The notes under the pieces are model-generated. The model saw nothing but the letters and a program-made list of their open reading frames with translations, did not search any database and had not been told where the DNA came from. From assembly GCA_046758365.1 (NCBI GenBank), contig JBHIAC010000059.1:1-17691 (forward strand): 17,691 bases of DNA. The letters are read 5' to 3'. Source of the DNA: a bacterium (GTDB lineage: Bacteria; Zhuqueibacterota; Zhuqueibacteria; Oceanimicrobiales; Oceanimicrobiaceae). The translations under genes were made by a program, and so were the position numbers. Positions 7,913-16,472 of the stretch are shown here, piece after piece. Numbering within the stretch: position 1 is the first letter of the stretch; the number at the start of each line of letters is the position of its first letter.

Positions 7913-7951
7913 AAAGCCTATGGAGAACCTTTGTTTCCCATAGGCTTTTTT
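7913..7951. terminator. Probable bidirectional intrinsic terminator between the convergent gene blocks
   Basis: AAAGCCTATGG (7913-7923) / CCATAGGCTTT (7938-7948); T run on the + side and A-rich run on the other side; ~25 bp beyond the tonB stop. Confidence 0.8.
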
Positions 7952-7976
7952 AAATTAAAATGACTTTATTGACTTG

Positions 7977-8738
7977 TTAACTTGCCAATTTAAATCGAAC
8001 CGGAATAGAGATCCAAACACGGATTATTTTATCTCGCTGCTTAGCAGGTTCCCATTCGACTTTTTTTAATGCATTTATAGCTGCCTCTTCAAAGCCTAAC
8101 TTTGCTGGTTTAGCCTTTATAATTTTTATCTGCTCAGCTATTCCATTGATTCCTACTAAAACTTTGACAAAAACGATTCCTTCAATACCTGCTTGGACTG
8201 CAAGTCTGGGATACTTAATATGTTTCTGAAGTTCGGCAATGCCGCCAATTATTTTGGGAGCTTCATCATAGGCAACAAATATTAGTAGTTCCTCGCCCTC
8301 ATTTAAGGGGGGTGGTGGTATATCAGACAAATCAATTTCCGTAGAAGCTATGGTTACATCCTCGGGTATGGATTCTTCTTCTGTGGGTATGGGAATGCTG
8401 GGTCTTGGTGGAGGTGGAGGTTTCCGAAATTGCTCTGTGACTGGTATGTCCGCTATTTCTATTTTTAAATCAACACGATTTATTGATTCGGTGGCAAAGG
8501 AAAATTGTCTTGCAAAATGAGCCATCGCGATTAGCAAAACTAAAGTAACAGCTAAAGAAATCTCAAAAATCTTTTTATGCTGAAGCTTGAGATCTGCCTT
8601 AAGTTTTTTTTTCTTAACAATAAGATTTTTATCTACTTTGTCTTTAAAAAATTCTCGTGTATCCCGATTAATCTTGCTTTCACTCTTCATCGTAGAGTTT
8701 ATAAAGGGTTTGAAAACAAGTTTATTTTTCCGTATCAT
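7977..8738 (-). CDS. tonB: Energy transducer TonB family protein
   Basis: Single TM anchor (ISLAVTLVLLIAM), Pro-rich linker (KPPPPPRP), C-terminal TonB domain (KYPRLAVQAGIEGIVFVKVLV...FEEAAINALKKVEWEPA...IPVRFKL); SD AAGGAG at 8748-8753. Confidence 0.9.
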   Translation of the reverse strand: MIRKNKLVFKPFINSTMKSESKINRDTREFFKDKVDKNLIVKKKKLKADLKLQHKKIFEISLAVTLVLLIAMAHFARQFSFATESINRVDLKIEIADIPVTEQFRKPPPPPRPSIPIPTEEESIPEDVTIASTEIDLSDIPPPPLNEGEELLIFVAYDEAPKIIGGIAELQKHIKYPRLAVQAGIEGIVFVKVLVGINGIAEQIKIIKAKPAKLGFEEAAINALKKVEWEPAKQRDKIIRVWISIPVRFKLAS

Positions 8739-8886
8739 GACTCATTTCTCCTTACTGATTTATAAAAAGGAGTAGTAAATATTCCTTTTGACTTATTACC
8801 AAATACGATAATATTTAAATGGAGTTACATTACCCCTCAAAACGAGTCATATAATTAAAATATTCCATGATTATTACAATGTCGTT

Positions 8887-11004
8887 TTAATCAACCAACA
8901 CAAAATCCACAACTCGTTTATCCGTATCCACCTGGACTACCCGTACTTTAACCGGGTCTCCTAAACGGTAAGTATTCTGCGTATTCTGACCAATCAATTG
9001 GTAATTCTTTTCATCATGAAAATAATAATCATCTTCTAAATCAGAAATATGTACCAAACCTTCTACCAGAAGATCTGTAATTTCAACAAATATCCCGAAT
9101 GGTACTACACCGGAGATAATACCATTAAATTCATCACCTAGGTGGCGCTTCATATACTCAACCTGTTTCATCTTCACCGATTCCCGCTCGGCATCCATGG
9201 CTACGATTTCCCGCTCAGAAGATATTTTTGCAATATATTCAAGTTTTGATTTTTTTTCTTTGGTTAATTTATAATTAAATCCCCTGTTGTACTCCTTTAA
9301 TAATCTGTGGACTGCCAAATCTGGATAGCGACGAATGGGTGATGTAAAATGAGTATAGTGTTTAAATCCCAATCCAAAATGGCCCACATTATTCGTGGAA
9401 TATTTTGCTTTCATGAGTGAGCGTAACATTAAATCCTCTATGAGAAATTCTTCCGGTACACCCCGCACTCCATCTAAAAATTGACTAAGAAGTTTCGCAG
9501 TTACTTTTTTATTGGGATCGATGGGATGGCCTAAGGCCCGAACAAATTTCTTAAAATCATCCATTTTCTCTTTATCCGGCTCTTCATGAATACGGTAAAT
9601 AAACGGCGGAACTCTGCCATTACCTCTCAGGTGCAAAGCGATATGTTCTGTTACTGTTTGATTGGCCAAAAGCATAAATTCTTCTATCAACCGGTGACTG
9701 TCCAAACGTTCACGTTTTTTTAATTCAATTGGGAAGCCATTTTCATCCAATTTAACTTTAACTTCAGGTAAATCAAAATCCAAGCTGCCTAATTTTTGGC
9801 GGCGTTTGGTCAAAATCTGGCTGAGTTCATATATCTGAAATATTTCATGTGCGAAAGGCGACGCGTAATTTTTGTTTTTAATAATTTCTTGAACTTCTTC
9901 ATAATTGAACCGAAATTTGCTGCGAATAACCGATTCCACAATTTGATATTTAATTACCTTTCCTTTTGGCGAAACTTCAATGATGCAGCTAAAAGCCAGA
10001 CGGTCCTGGTTGGGTCGCAGACTGCAGATTTGGTTGCTGAGTTTTTCAGGCAGCATCGGTACAACACGATCCACAAGATATATTGAGGTGCCTCGCTTCA
10101 AAGCCTCTTTATCTAAAGCACTATTTTCTTTGACATAATAACTAACATCAGCAATGTGGACACCGAGTTCATAATTTCCGTTTTCAAATATTTTAATTGA
10201 AACGGCATCATCAAAATCTTTAGCATCTTCAGGGTCAATGGTAAAACATTCTTCAGCTCTTAAGTCTAAACGGCGGCTCATCTCTTCTTCGGGAATTATT
10301 TCAGGAATTGCTTCCGCTTCTTTTTCCACGTTTTTAGGAAAGGTAGTGAGCAAATCGAAAGACTTTACCACTGAAATGACGTCTACGCCAGGCTCATCCG
10401 GAAATCCCAACACTTCAACAATAACTCCCTCCGGGTTCAGTCTTTTATCCTGCCAATGTTCTATCTTCACCACCACTTTCTGTCCGGATTTAGCATTTAA
10501 ATTATCAGCATCATGGATAAAAATATCATGGGTTAATTTTATATCATCTGGTGCAACAAATCCATAGTGCTTGGTTTTTCGATAGGTACCCACAATATTT
10601 TGACGCGTTCGTTTAACAACTTCTACAATTCTTCCCTCCGGGCTTTTCCCTTTCGACTGAGCAAATAGCTGCACTCGCACCATGTCTTTGTTTAATGCCG
10701 TTCCCATATTTTTTTGACTGATAAAAACATCCTTTTTCCCATCTTCTGTTATTAAAAATCCGTACCCTTGCGTTTTGACATGCAGCTCGCCTTCCAGTAT
10801 GGTTGCTCGCTTTAAGATTCCATATTGATTACGCTTATATTTGGCGATTTGCCCTTCGGCTGCTTTCTTTCTTAAAGAGTCACGAAATTCAAGATAATCA
10901 TACTCTTTGATTCCCAGCCGCCGCGCTAATTCTTTGGCCTTAAAGGTTCTATGAGGATTTTCTGAAAGAATACGTTCTACTTCTTTTAAATAACTTTTAT
11001 TCAT
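8887..11004 (-). CDS. rnr: Ribonuclease R
   Basis: N-terminal HTH, cold-shock domains (GYGFL, YGFV), RNB catalytic motif TIDPEDAKDFDDA, VHIADVS, LIEEFMLLAN, YTHFTSPIRRYPDL, C-terminal S1 domain. Confidence 0.97.
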   Translation of the reverse strand: MNKSYLKEVERILSENPHRTFKAKELARRLGIKEYDYLEFRDSLRKKAAEGQIAKYKRNQYGILKRATILEGELHVKTQGYGFLITEDGKKDVFISQKNMGTALNKDMVRVQLFAQSKGKSPEGRIVEVVKRTRQNIVGTYRKTKHYGFVAPDDIKLTHDIFIHDADNLNAKSGQKVVVKIEHWQDKRLNPEGVIVEVLGFPDEPGVDVISVVKSFDLLTTFPKNVEKEAEAIPEIIPEEEMSRRLDLRAEECFTIDPEDAKDFDDAVSIKIFENGNYELGVHIADVSYYVKENSALDKEALKRGTSIYLVDRVVPMLPEKLSNQICSLRPNQDRLAFSCIIEVSPKGKVIKYQIVESVIRSKFRFNYEEVQEIIKNKNYASPFAHEIFQIYELSQILTKRRQKLGSLDFDLPEVKVKLDENGFPIELKKRERLDSHRLIEEFMLLANQTVTEHIALHLRGNGRVPPFIYRIHEEPDKEKMDDFKKFVRALGHPIDPNKKVTAKLLSQFLDGVRGVPEEFLIEDLMLRSLMKAKYSTNNVGHFGLGFKHYTHFTSPIRRYPDLAVHRLLKEYNRGFNYKLTKEKKSKLEYIAKISSEREIVAMDAERESVKMKQVEYMKRHLGDEFNGIISGVVPFGIFVEITDLLVEGLVHISDLEDDYYFHDEKNYQLIGQNTQNTYRLGDPVKVRVVQVDTDKRVVDFVLVD

Positions 11005-11012
11005 AGTTTGAA

Positions 11013-12758
11013 TTATTCAACAAGCGTTTTCCATCCTTTTTTATTTAAATGTTGGTAAATAAAAAATCCAGTTAAAAATGCAACAAAAAAATAGACAAGG
11101 CCGACACTGAATGAACCCAAAATTATTTTACCAATGCCAAAAAGAAAAGCATAAACGAGTACAATACCAGCCACCCAAACTAAGAAATCACCCCAGCCTA
11201 TTTTCTCAACATTTATACCTTCTACTTTTTGAGCAATAGGTTTCCAAAATGGCGAGCCCGGTTTAATTTTCTTATAAAAATCAATAAGTATTTCCTCAGA
11301 TACCGGCTTAGTCAGCAAGGTAACGGCCAACCAACAAATAGTTGAAAACCCGGTTACAATAATGAGACGCCAGCCATAGACAGCATAAAATTCTGTCGGA
11401 GTAACTTTATGAATAAAGTAGAGCAAAGAATAAATAAATGCCGAGGCCAGCCAGGCGGTAATTTCCGACCATGCGTTGACCCGCCACCAAAACCATCGAG
11501 CGATGTAAACACCCCCTATGCCAGCCGACATACCGTAAAACAATTCCCATGCGCCTTTGATGGTTTGCATCATTGCGGCTGTGAAAGTCCCCAAAACCAG
11601 CAAAATAAAAGTAGCCAACCTTGATATATTTACATAGTGACGGTCAACTTTATTAGGATTAATATAAGCTTTATAAAAATCATTAACCAATATAGAAGTC
11701 CCCCAATTTACTTGCGTATCGATCGTGGACATAAAAGCTGCTAAAAAGGAAACTAACATCAAACCCAATAGACCTGTGGGAAGATATTCAACCACCATCT
11801 TGGGGTAACCTAGTTCTGGGTCTTCTAAATTAGGAAAAACCACTAAGGCCACAATTCCCACAATAATCCAAGGCCAAGGTCGAATGCAGTAGTGGGCGAC
11901 CGTGTACCAAAGAGTTGCCAAAAAAGAATGCTTTTCATCTTTAGCGGAAAACATCCTCTGCGCGATATAGCCACCTCCATCTGCGGTTTTGGATGCCCAC
12001 CAGTTGACAGCAATAAAAGCTACAAAGGTAGTCATTGGAAGAAATTCCGAACCAACTTCTGGTATAAAACTAAGAATATGGTCTGTTTTATCTGAGTACA
12101 TTGCATAAAGTTCAGTTTTTATAGCTGATATGCCACCATTTTCTACTACAGCAATGACAGCCAAAATGATGGAACCAAACATGGCAACAATAAACTGCAG
12201 GACATCCGTCATGACAACACCCCAAAATCCGGAAAGCACGGAGTAGGTAAATGCAATGATTAGCAATATTCCTAAAGTCAACCATTTTGGCCATTCTACA
12301 AAAACACCTATAATTTTAATCATAGCCAGCATGACCCAACCCATAATTATACAGTTTAAGAAAATACCTTCCCACAAGGCTCTGAATCCACGAAGGACGC
12401 GAGCTGGTTTACCAGAGTATCGGATATTCAAAAGCTCGATGTCGGTAATGATTCCAGCTCGTCGCCACATGCGGGCAAAGAAGAAAGTGGCCATAACATG
12501 AGAGGCTGCCAGATTCCACCAAAGCCAGTTACCCGCGATTCCTTCTTTGGCGATTACACCTGAAACAAAAAGCGGGGTATCGGCCGCAAAAGTGGTGGCC
12601 ACCATTGAGGTCCCAGCAATCCACCAGGGAAGATTCCGTCCAGAAATAAAAAATTCACCTATGTTTTTACTTGCTCGACGGGAGAAATAGACGCCAACCC
12701 CAATAGCAAATAACATATAAGTAACAATTATAATCCAATCCAAAATTGCAATTTGCAT
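11013..12758 (-). CDS. Sodium:solute symporter (SSS) family protein
   Basis: Many TM helices; FFISGRNLPWW, SMVATTFAADTP, WGVVMTD, AQRMFSAKDE, AAFMSTIDT, WWRVNAWSE. It ends 8 bp before the rnr start, so the two are probably co-transcribed. Confidence 0.93.
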   Translation of the reverse strand: MQIAILDWIIIVTYMLFAIGVGVYFSRRASKNIGEFFISGRNLPWWIAGTSMVATTFAADTPLFVSGVIAKEGIAGNWLWWNLAASHVMATFFFARMWRRAGIITDIELLNIRYSGKPARVLRGFRALWEGIFLNCIIMGWVMLAMIKIIGVFVEWPKWLTLGILLIIAFTYSVLSGFWGVVMTDVLQFIVAMFGSIILAVIAVVENGGISAIKTELYAMYSDKTDHILSFIPEVGSEFLPMTTFVAFIAVNWWASKTADGGGYIAQRMFSAKDEKHSFLATLWYTVAHYCIRPWPWIIVGIVALVVFPNLEDPELGYPKMVVEYLPTGLLGLMLVSFLAAFMSTIDTQVNWGTSILVNDFYKAYINPNKVDRHYVNISRLATFILLVLGTFTAAMMQTIKGAWELFYGMSAGIGGVYIARWFWWRVNAWSEITAWLASAFIYSLLYFIHKVTPTEFYAVYGWRLIIVTGFSTICWLAVTLLTKPVSEEILIDFYKKIKPGSPFWKPIAQKVEGINVEKIGWGDFLVWVAGIVLVYAFLFGIGKIILGSFSVGLVYFFVAFLTGFFIYQHLNKKGWKTLVE

Positions 12759-12766
12759 AAGTAAAA

Positions 12767-12986
12767 CCTAACGCGGACGAGCCGCAACCAAACAAGCTTT
12801 TTAACAAAAATAAAACTCCAACGGATTGAAGAACCCCACAGATGATATCTTATAAAGTATTCTATCAGTGGTTGTCTTCAATCTGTCGGTAATCATCTTG
12901 CTGAACAGTCCCCTCTTCAACATTTGTATCATCTCATCCGTTGGTAACTTCTTTCAAATTCTTTGTTCATTGTACAAAGATTTGAA
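12767..12986 (-). repeat. Multi-hairpin non-coding element in the predicted 5' leader of the symporter-rnr operon
   Basis: GCGG/CCGC hairpin within CCTAACGCGGACGAGCCGCAACCAAA (12767-12792); long hairpin 12818-12889; alternative perfect 9-bp pairing 12818-12826 / 12936-12944; hairpin 12953-12986. Confidence 0.65.
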
Positions 12987-13012
12987 TTTTAAGAGACTAA
13001 GTGTTTTTGCAC

Positions 13013-13040
13013 AATATAGCAAATAATTATTTAATTCCAA
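13013..13040 (-). promoter_or_regulatory. Candidate sigma70 promoter for the symporter-rnr operon
   Basis: Minus strand TTGGAA-N16-TATATT with an extended -10 (TGc-TATATT), just past the upstream gene's terminator. Confidence 0.45.
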
Positions 13041-13056
13041 ATTAAAAATTAAAAAT

Positions 13057-13088
13057 AAAAAAGGCGTAACTAATTGCTCAGTTACGCC
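13057..13088 (-). terminator. Intrinsic terminator of the DUF151 gene
   Basis: Perfect 9-bp stem GGCGTAACT (13063-13071) / AGTTACGCC (13080-13088) followed on the - strand by TTTTTT; 30 bp after the stop. Confidence 0.88.
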
Positions 13089-13118
13089 CTTAAGTAACTC
13101 AAATCTATGAAAAAAAAT

Positions 13119-13682
13119 CTATTCTTCTTTTCGCTTCTTCTTTAAAGTTTTAATCTCATCACGGAGTCGTGCAGCATCTTCATAGCGTTCGTCGCTGACG
13201 GCTTTTTGCATTTCAAATTGCAAACGCTCTAATTCATCCATTGGCGGTCGAGGGATATCGATATCCTCTTGCTCAGTTTCCTTATCATCCACCGAGGCTT
13301 TTTTCATAACTTCTTCCGAAACAAAAATAGGTGCCTTCATTCTTAATGCAAGGGCAATGGCATCGCTTGGACGTGCATCAATATCAGTCTGAGCGCCATT
13401 TAATTTCAGACTTATTAAAGCATAATAGGTGTTTTCTCTTAATTCATTGACAACTACCCGCGCAATTTTTACCTCTATTGAGTCTAAAAGATTTTTTATT
13501 AGATCATGGGTTAGCGGTCTAGGCGGGGTAATGTGTTCAAGCTGAAGGGCTATGGCTTGAGCTTCTGTATTGCCAACAACTATGGGAAGCCAACGACTAT
13601 TTACATCGTCTTTTAAAATTACAACAAACCTATTGGTATGTGTATCTAACGTGACCCGATCGACTCTTACAGCGGTTAACAT
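13119..13682 (-). CDS. Bifunctional nuclease (DUF151) family protein with C-terminal UVR (UvrB/C) motif
   Basis: LPIVVGNTEAQAIA, PPRPLTHDL, IDARPSDAIALALR, PIFVSEEV; UVR motif MQKAVSDERYEDAARLRDEI; GGAG at 13691-13694. Confidence 0.93.
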   Translation of the reverse strand: MLTAVRVDRVTLDTHTNRFVVILKDDVNSRWLPIVVGNTEAQAIALQLEHITPPRPLTHDLIKNLLDSIEVKIARVVVNELRENTYYALISLKLNGAQTDIDARPSDAIALALRMKAPIFVSEEVMKKASVDDKETEQEDIDIPRPPMDELERLQFEMQKAVSDERYEDAARLRDEIKTLKKKRKEE

Positions 13683-13757
13683 ACTAAATTCTCCAAACTA
13701 AATCTGGCAATTCGAATGGATTTAAACTTTGATCCGAGGACTTTCAATTAATAATCT

Positions 13758-13786
13758 ATTATAAAGAAATATTTTCACACTGTCAA
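13758..13786 (-). promoter_or_regulatory. Consensus sigma70 promoter of the DUF151 gene
   Basis: Minus strand TTGACA (13781-13786), 17-nt spacer, TATAAT (13758-13763): an exact consensus match. Confidence 0.85.
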
Positions 13787-13938
13787 GAAAAAACTTGTTA
13801 AAAGCTAACAATACTTTAATTTTTTCCCATTATGGCACATTAGTATTAATACTATTTAAAACAGTGGGTCTTCATTTTGATATTCCGAAGATGCTTGATA
13901 TCAAAAAATACCTCCAAAATCATTAAATTGCCGAATAT

Positions 13939-14036
13939 GATGCATGATGTTGGTACAAAAACAGGATAATAGCAACTTTATACAATGGTAATTTTAATAT
14001 TTATGACGTTGGTGTTTTGCACCTACATCATGCATC
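13939..14036. repeat. 98-bp element with 22-bp terminal inverted repeats (MITE-like or mRNA 3' hairpin)
   Basis: GATGCATGATGTTGGTACAAAA (13939-13960) / TTTTGCACCTACATCATGCATC (14015-14036), 20/22 matching, 54-nt AT-rich spacer. Confidence 0.7.
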
Positions 14037-14074
14037 CATCTTTTAATTTTGATATTCAACTTTTAATAGTCTCT

Positions 14075-15778
14075 TTAGTAAATTTTTTCTAGAACAATTC
14101 CTTTGTAATAATGCTTGAGAATTTCATCAAATGTACTCCCCGATTCAGCCATGACGGCCGCTCCGATTTGACACATTCCTACGCCATGTCCCCAACCGGC
14201 TCCTTTCAGGATAAATTTCTTTGGCAAGTTTCTTGAACCTCCTTGTTTTTTTACATAAAAACAGGCGCTATATAAAGTATTTTTAGAAAGGGCTTGTCTT
14301 ATGGCTAATTCTTTCCTGATTTTAAATCGCTTTTTCGTGCCAACAATTTCTAGTTCTATTAATCTACCAGAAACTCCTCTTTTGATAGGAACCAAATCAA
14401 TTAATAGCCCAAAATCTTCACCTGTTTTATTTCGAATTATTTCCTCTAATTCTTTTCGGTCATACTCAATTTTCCAGCGAAAATACTTCTTGCTATAATT
14501 TAGTGACTTAGGAACCTTTTTTCGAAGCGTATTACAAAAAACATCTGGATAGCTGTCAACCCATTTTTTAAGAATTTTCTCATTTTGGAGAGGGGTGCTT
14601 AATCGTTTTTTGCTCTTTCCACCCGTGTCTAAAATACCTCTCAAGTAAGGAAGGGGATCCATCAGCCAGACATTTTCATTATTTTCGGTGTGTCCGCCAC
14701 ATACTCCAGCATAAAAGGCTTCAGCCAATTTATTCCGATAGACCATTAATAAACCACGGGTACTTTCCACAACCCAGTTCGTGGTTTTCGTATATTTGGT
14801 TTTTCCGCTAAACACCTGACAATGAACATCATCGCATAAATCAAAAGGCTTAGATGGGTGCCGCAACCCTTTCTTGGCTAATGCCTCCACCCGTGCAGCG
14901 ATTGCTTGGGCTTTTAACGCTTCTAATGGAAACCTTATTGGCATTTCAGATGGCACCACACCTTTAATATACTCTTCCAAAGAAAGTTCATTAACTACGG
15001 TAATTTTCCCGTGACTATCTATTAAAAATTCGAGAGTACCTCCATAGTTTCGATGTTCACTGGTTTCCCAATGAAATCCGCTTCCCACTTCCACGTCTGA
15101 AATTTGCATATCTGCAGCACTCATTCTTATAGGGTCTTGATATTCAAAACTGTAATCACTATCCAGGTTTACAAATCTAAGCGTTCCAAGGGCCTCTGTA
15201 ACGGCCTCTTCCACAATTTCAGTGTTTATTTTTTCTCGAATTGCGTTCTGAAATAATTTCGCTTCCTCTTCACGTATAAATTTTTTATCAAGAACTACTC
15301 TATAAACCGTTCGATTTACATAAGGTAGAGAAGAATCAAAATCCGACTCGAACTTTTGAATACGGGCAACCAGTGCTTGATCTTTTACCAGTCTAACTTT
15401 TTGTTCAGCTGAAAATCTATCTTTATAGATACCTACGGAAAGGCGATATACGAATTGAGCAGGTTTCGTCTCTATCGCCTCTACTCGCCAACGCCCTCCT
15501 GCAATACCCCGCAAGGCAAAGCCTCCGTTTTTATTGACAAATGTCAGTTTTGCATCAACTTTAAAATCAACTGACTCTCTCTCTTCTAAGATTCCTACAC
15601 GGATTGTAGGTTGACGTACTTTGTTTTCTTTTGGTAGTGGGGCTTTACAGGAGATTATTAAGATCAAAGATATTAGTAAAATCATGAAGGTAACATGCTT
15701 AAATATATAGGCAATACGTTTGGGTACTAAAAATGTTTGGTGTTTTTTAACATTGAATCGAGAATAAATCAAAATCAT
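14075..15778 (-). CDS. SpoIID/LytB domain lipoprotein (putative lytic transglycosylase) with SPOR-like domain
   Basis: Lipobox-like LILIIS-C44; VVNELSLEEYIKGVVPSEM, EALKAQAIAAR, DLCDDVHCQVF, CGGHTE, GAGWGHGVGMCQIGA, ILKHYY; SPOR-like segment at ~aa 110-190; AGGGG upstream of ATG 15778. Confidence 0.9.
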   Translation of the reverse strand: MILIYSRFNVKKHQTFLVPKRIAYIFKHVTFMILLISLILIISCKAPLPKENKVRQPTIRVGILEERESVDFKVDAKLTFVNKNGGFALRGIAGGRWRVEAIETKPAQFVYRLSVGIYKDRFSAEQKVRLVKDQALVARIQKFESDFDSSLPYVNRTVYRVVLDKKFIREEEAKLFQNAIREKINTEIVEEAVTEALGTLRFVNLDSDYSFEYQDPIRMSAADMQISDVEVGSGFHWETSEHRNYGGTLEFLIDSHGKITVVNELSLEEYIKGVVPSEMPIRFPLEALKAQAIAARVEALAKKGLRHPSKPFDLCDDVHCQVFSGKTKYTKTTNWVVESTRGLLMVYRNKLAEAFYAGVCGGHTENNENVWLMDPLPYLRGILDTGGKSKKRLSTPLQNEKILKKWVDSYPDVFCNTLRKKVPKSLNYSKKYFRWKIEYDRKELEEIIRNKTGEDFGLLIDLVPIKRGVSGRLIELEIVGTKKRFKIRKELAIRQALSKNTLYSACFYVKKQGGSRNLPKKFILKGAGWGHGVGMCQIGAAVMAESGSTFDEILKHYYKGIVLEKIY

Positions 15779-15825
15779 ATTATCCCCTAATCTTTGTAAC
15801 TCGGATTGACCAAAGTTGATAGCTT

Positions 15826-16374
15826 TTAATCAAAAAATGGATTATAAACCCTTTCTATTCCCACCAACGTTGGAACCCCATGTCCTGGATATATAACTGT
15901 TTCCTCGGGCAGTGTTAGTATTTTATTCCAAACTTGATTGATTTGCTCTTTGAATTGTGGACGGTTGGCCGTTCCACCTACAGCACCAGAAAATATCGCA
16001 TCTCCTACAAAAACAGCATTTTCAATATAATAGGAAACCGAATCTGGAGTATGCCCCGTTGTTTCAAATACCTTAATTTTATAACTTCCAAAGGGAATTT
16101 TATCTCCTTGCGAAACCTGTTTGTCGTATTCTTTAGTGGAAGAATAAATAGGTACTTTGAAAGCTTTTTTAAAATCGTTTATCCCTTCGTTGTGGTCATA
16201 ATGAGAATGGGTTATTAAAAGAAATTTCAAATTGAGGTTATTATCTTGGATAAAATTATTAATCTGGTCTTCAAAAGCCCCGCAATCCACCAAAAAGGCT
16301 TCTTGGGATTTTTCATCAAAACATAAAAAAGAATTTACATAATTAATTTTTAATGGGAAATGTATGACTTTCAT
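15826..16374 (-). CDS. MBL-fold metallo-hydrolase (glyoxalase II-like)
   Basis: LVDCG, THSHYDH, GHTPDS, FVGDAIF, YPGHG metal-binding motifs. Confidence 0.92.
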   Translation of the reverse strand: MKVIHFPLKINYVNSFLCFDEKSQEAFLVDCGAFEDQINNFIQDNNLNLKFLLITHSHYDHNEGINDFKKAFKVPIYSSTKEYDKQVSQGDKIPFGSYKIKVFETTGHTPDSVSYYIENAVFVGDAIFSGAVGGTANRPQFKEQINQVWNKILTLPEETVIYPGHGVPTLVGIERVYNPFFD

Positions 16375-16397
16375 AATTTTTCCTATTAAAAAAATCT

Positions 16398-16447
16398 ACT
16401 ACGGATTTTCACAGGAAAACACGGATTATTCCTAGTCATTCTGTGGT
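16398..16447. repeat. Degenerate REP-like palindromic unit built from ACGGATT motifs
   Basis: ACGGATT at 16401-16407 and 16421-16427; the ends ACTACGGA / TCTGTGGT pair with two G-U wobbles. The same (C)ACGGAT/ACAGAT vocabulary occurs in 12818-12944. Confidence 0.45.
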
Positions 16448-16472
16448 TTAATTTGAGATTTTAAGCTTTAAA

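Noticed and set aside
8760..8886. Fur box upstream of tonB
   Set aside because: Only partial GATAAT/ATAATCAT matches in very AT-rich DNA, with no convincing 19-bp palindrome.
12766..12946. Integron attC site (ACCTAAC fits RYYYAAC)
   Set aside because: No complementary GTTRRRY box at a suitable distance (GTTGGTA does not fit), no cassette array and no integrase.
12759..13010. A known riboswitch class (TPP, glycine, cobalamin, SAM, c-di-GMP) ahead of the symporter
   Set aside because: I could not find their signature motifs by eye; an Rfam scan is needed to exclude them formally.
14075..15778. Sporulation inferred from the SpoIID domain
   Set aside because: SpoIID/LytB domains are widespread in non-sporulating bacteria, and TonB, LolA-like and CTD proteins indicate a diderm.
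1440..16218. The short (60-109 aa) alternative-frame and antisense ORFs in the track
   Set aside because: All overlap well-supported genes and show no recognisable motif; treated as shadow ORFs.
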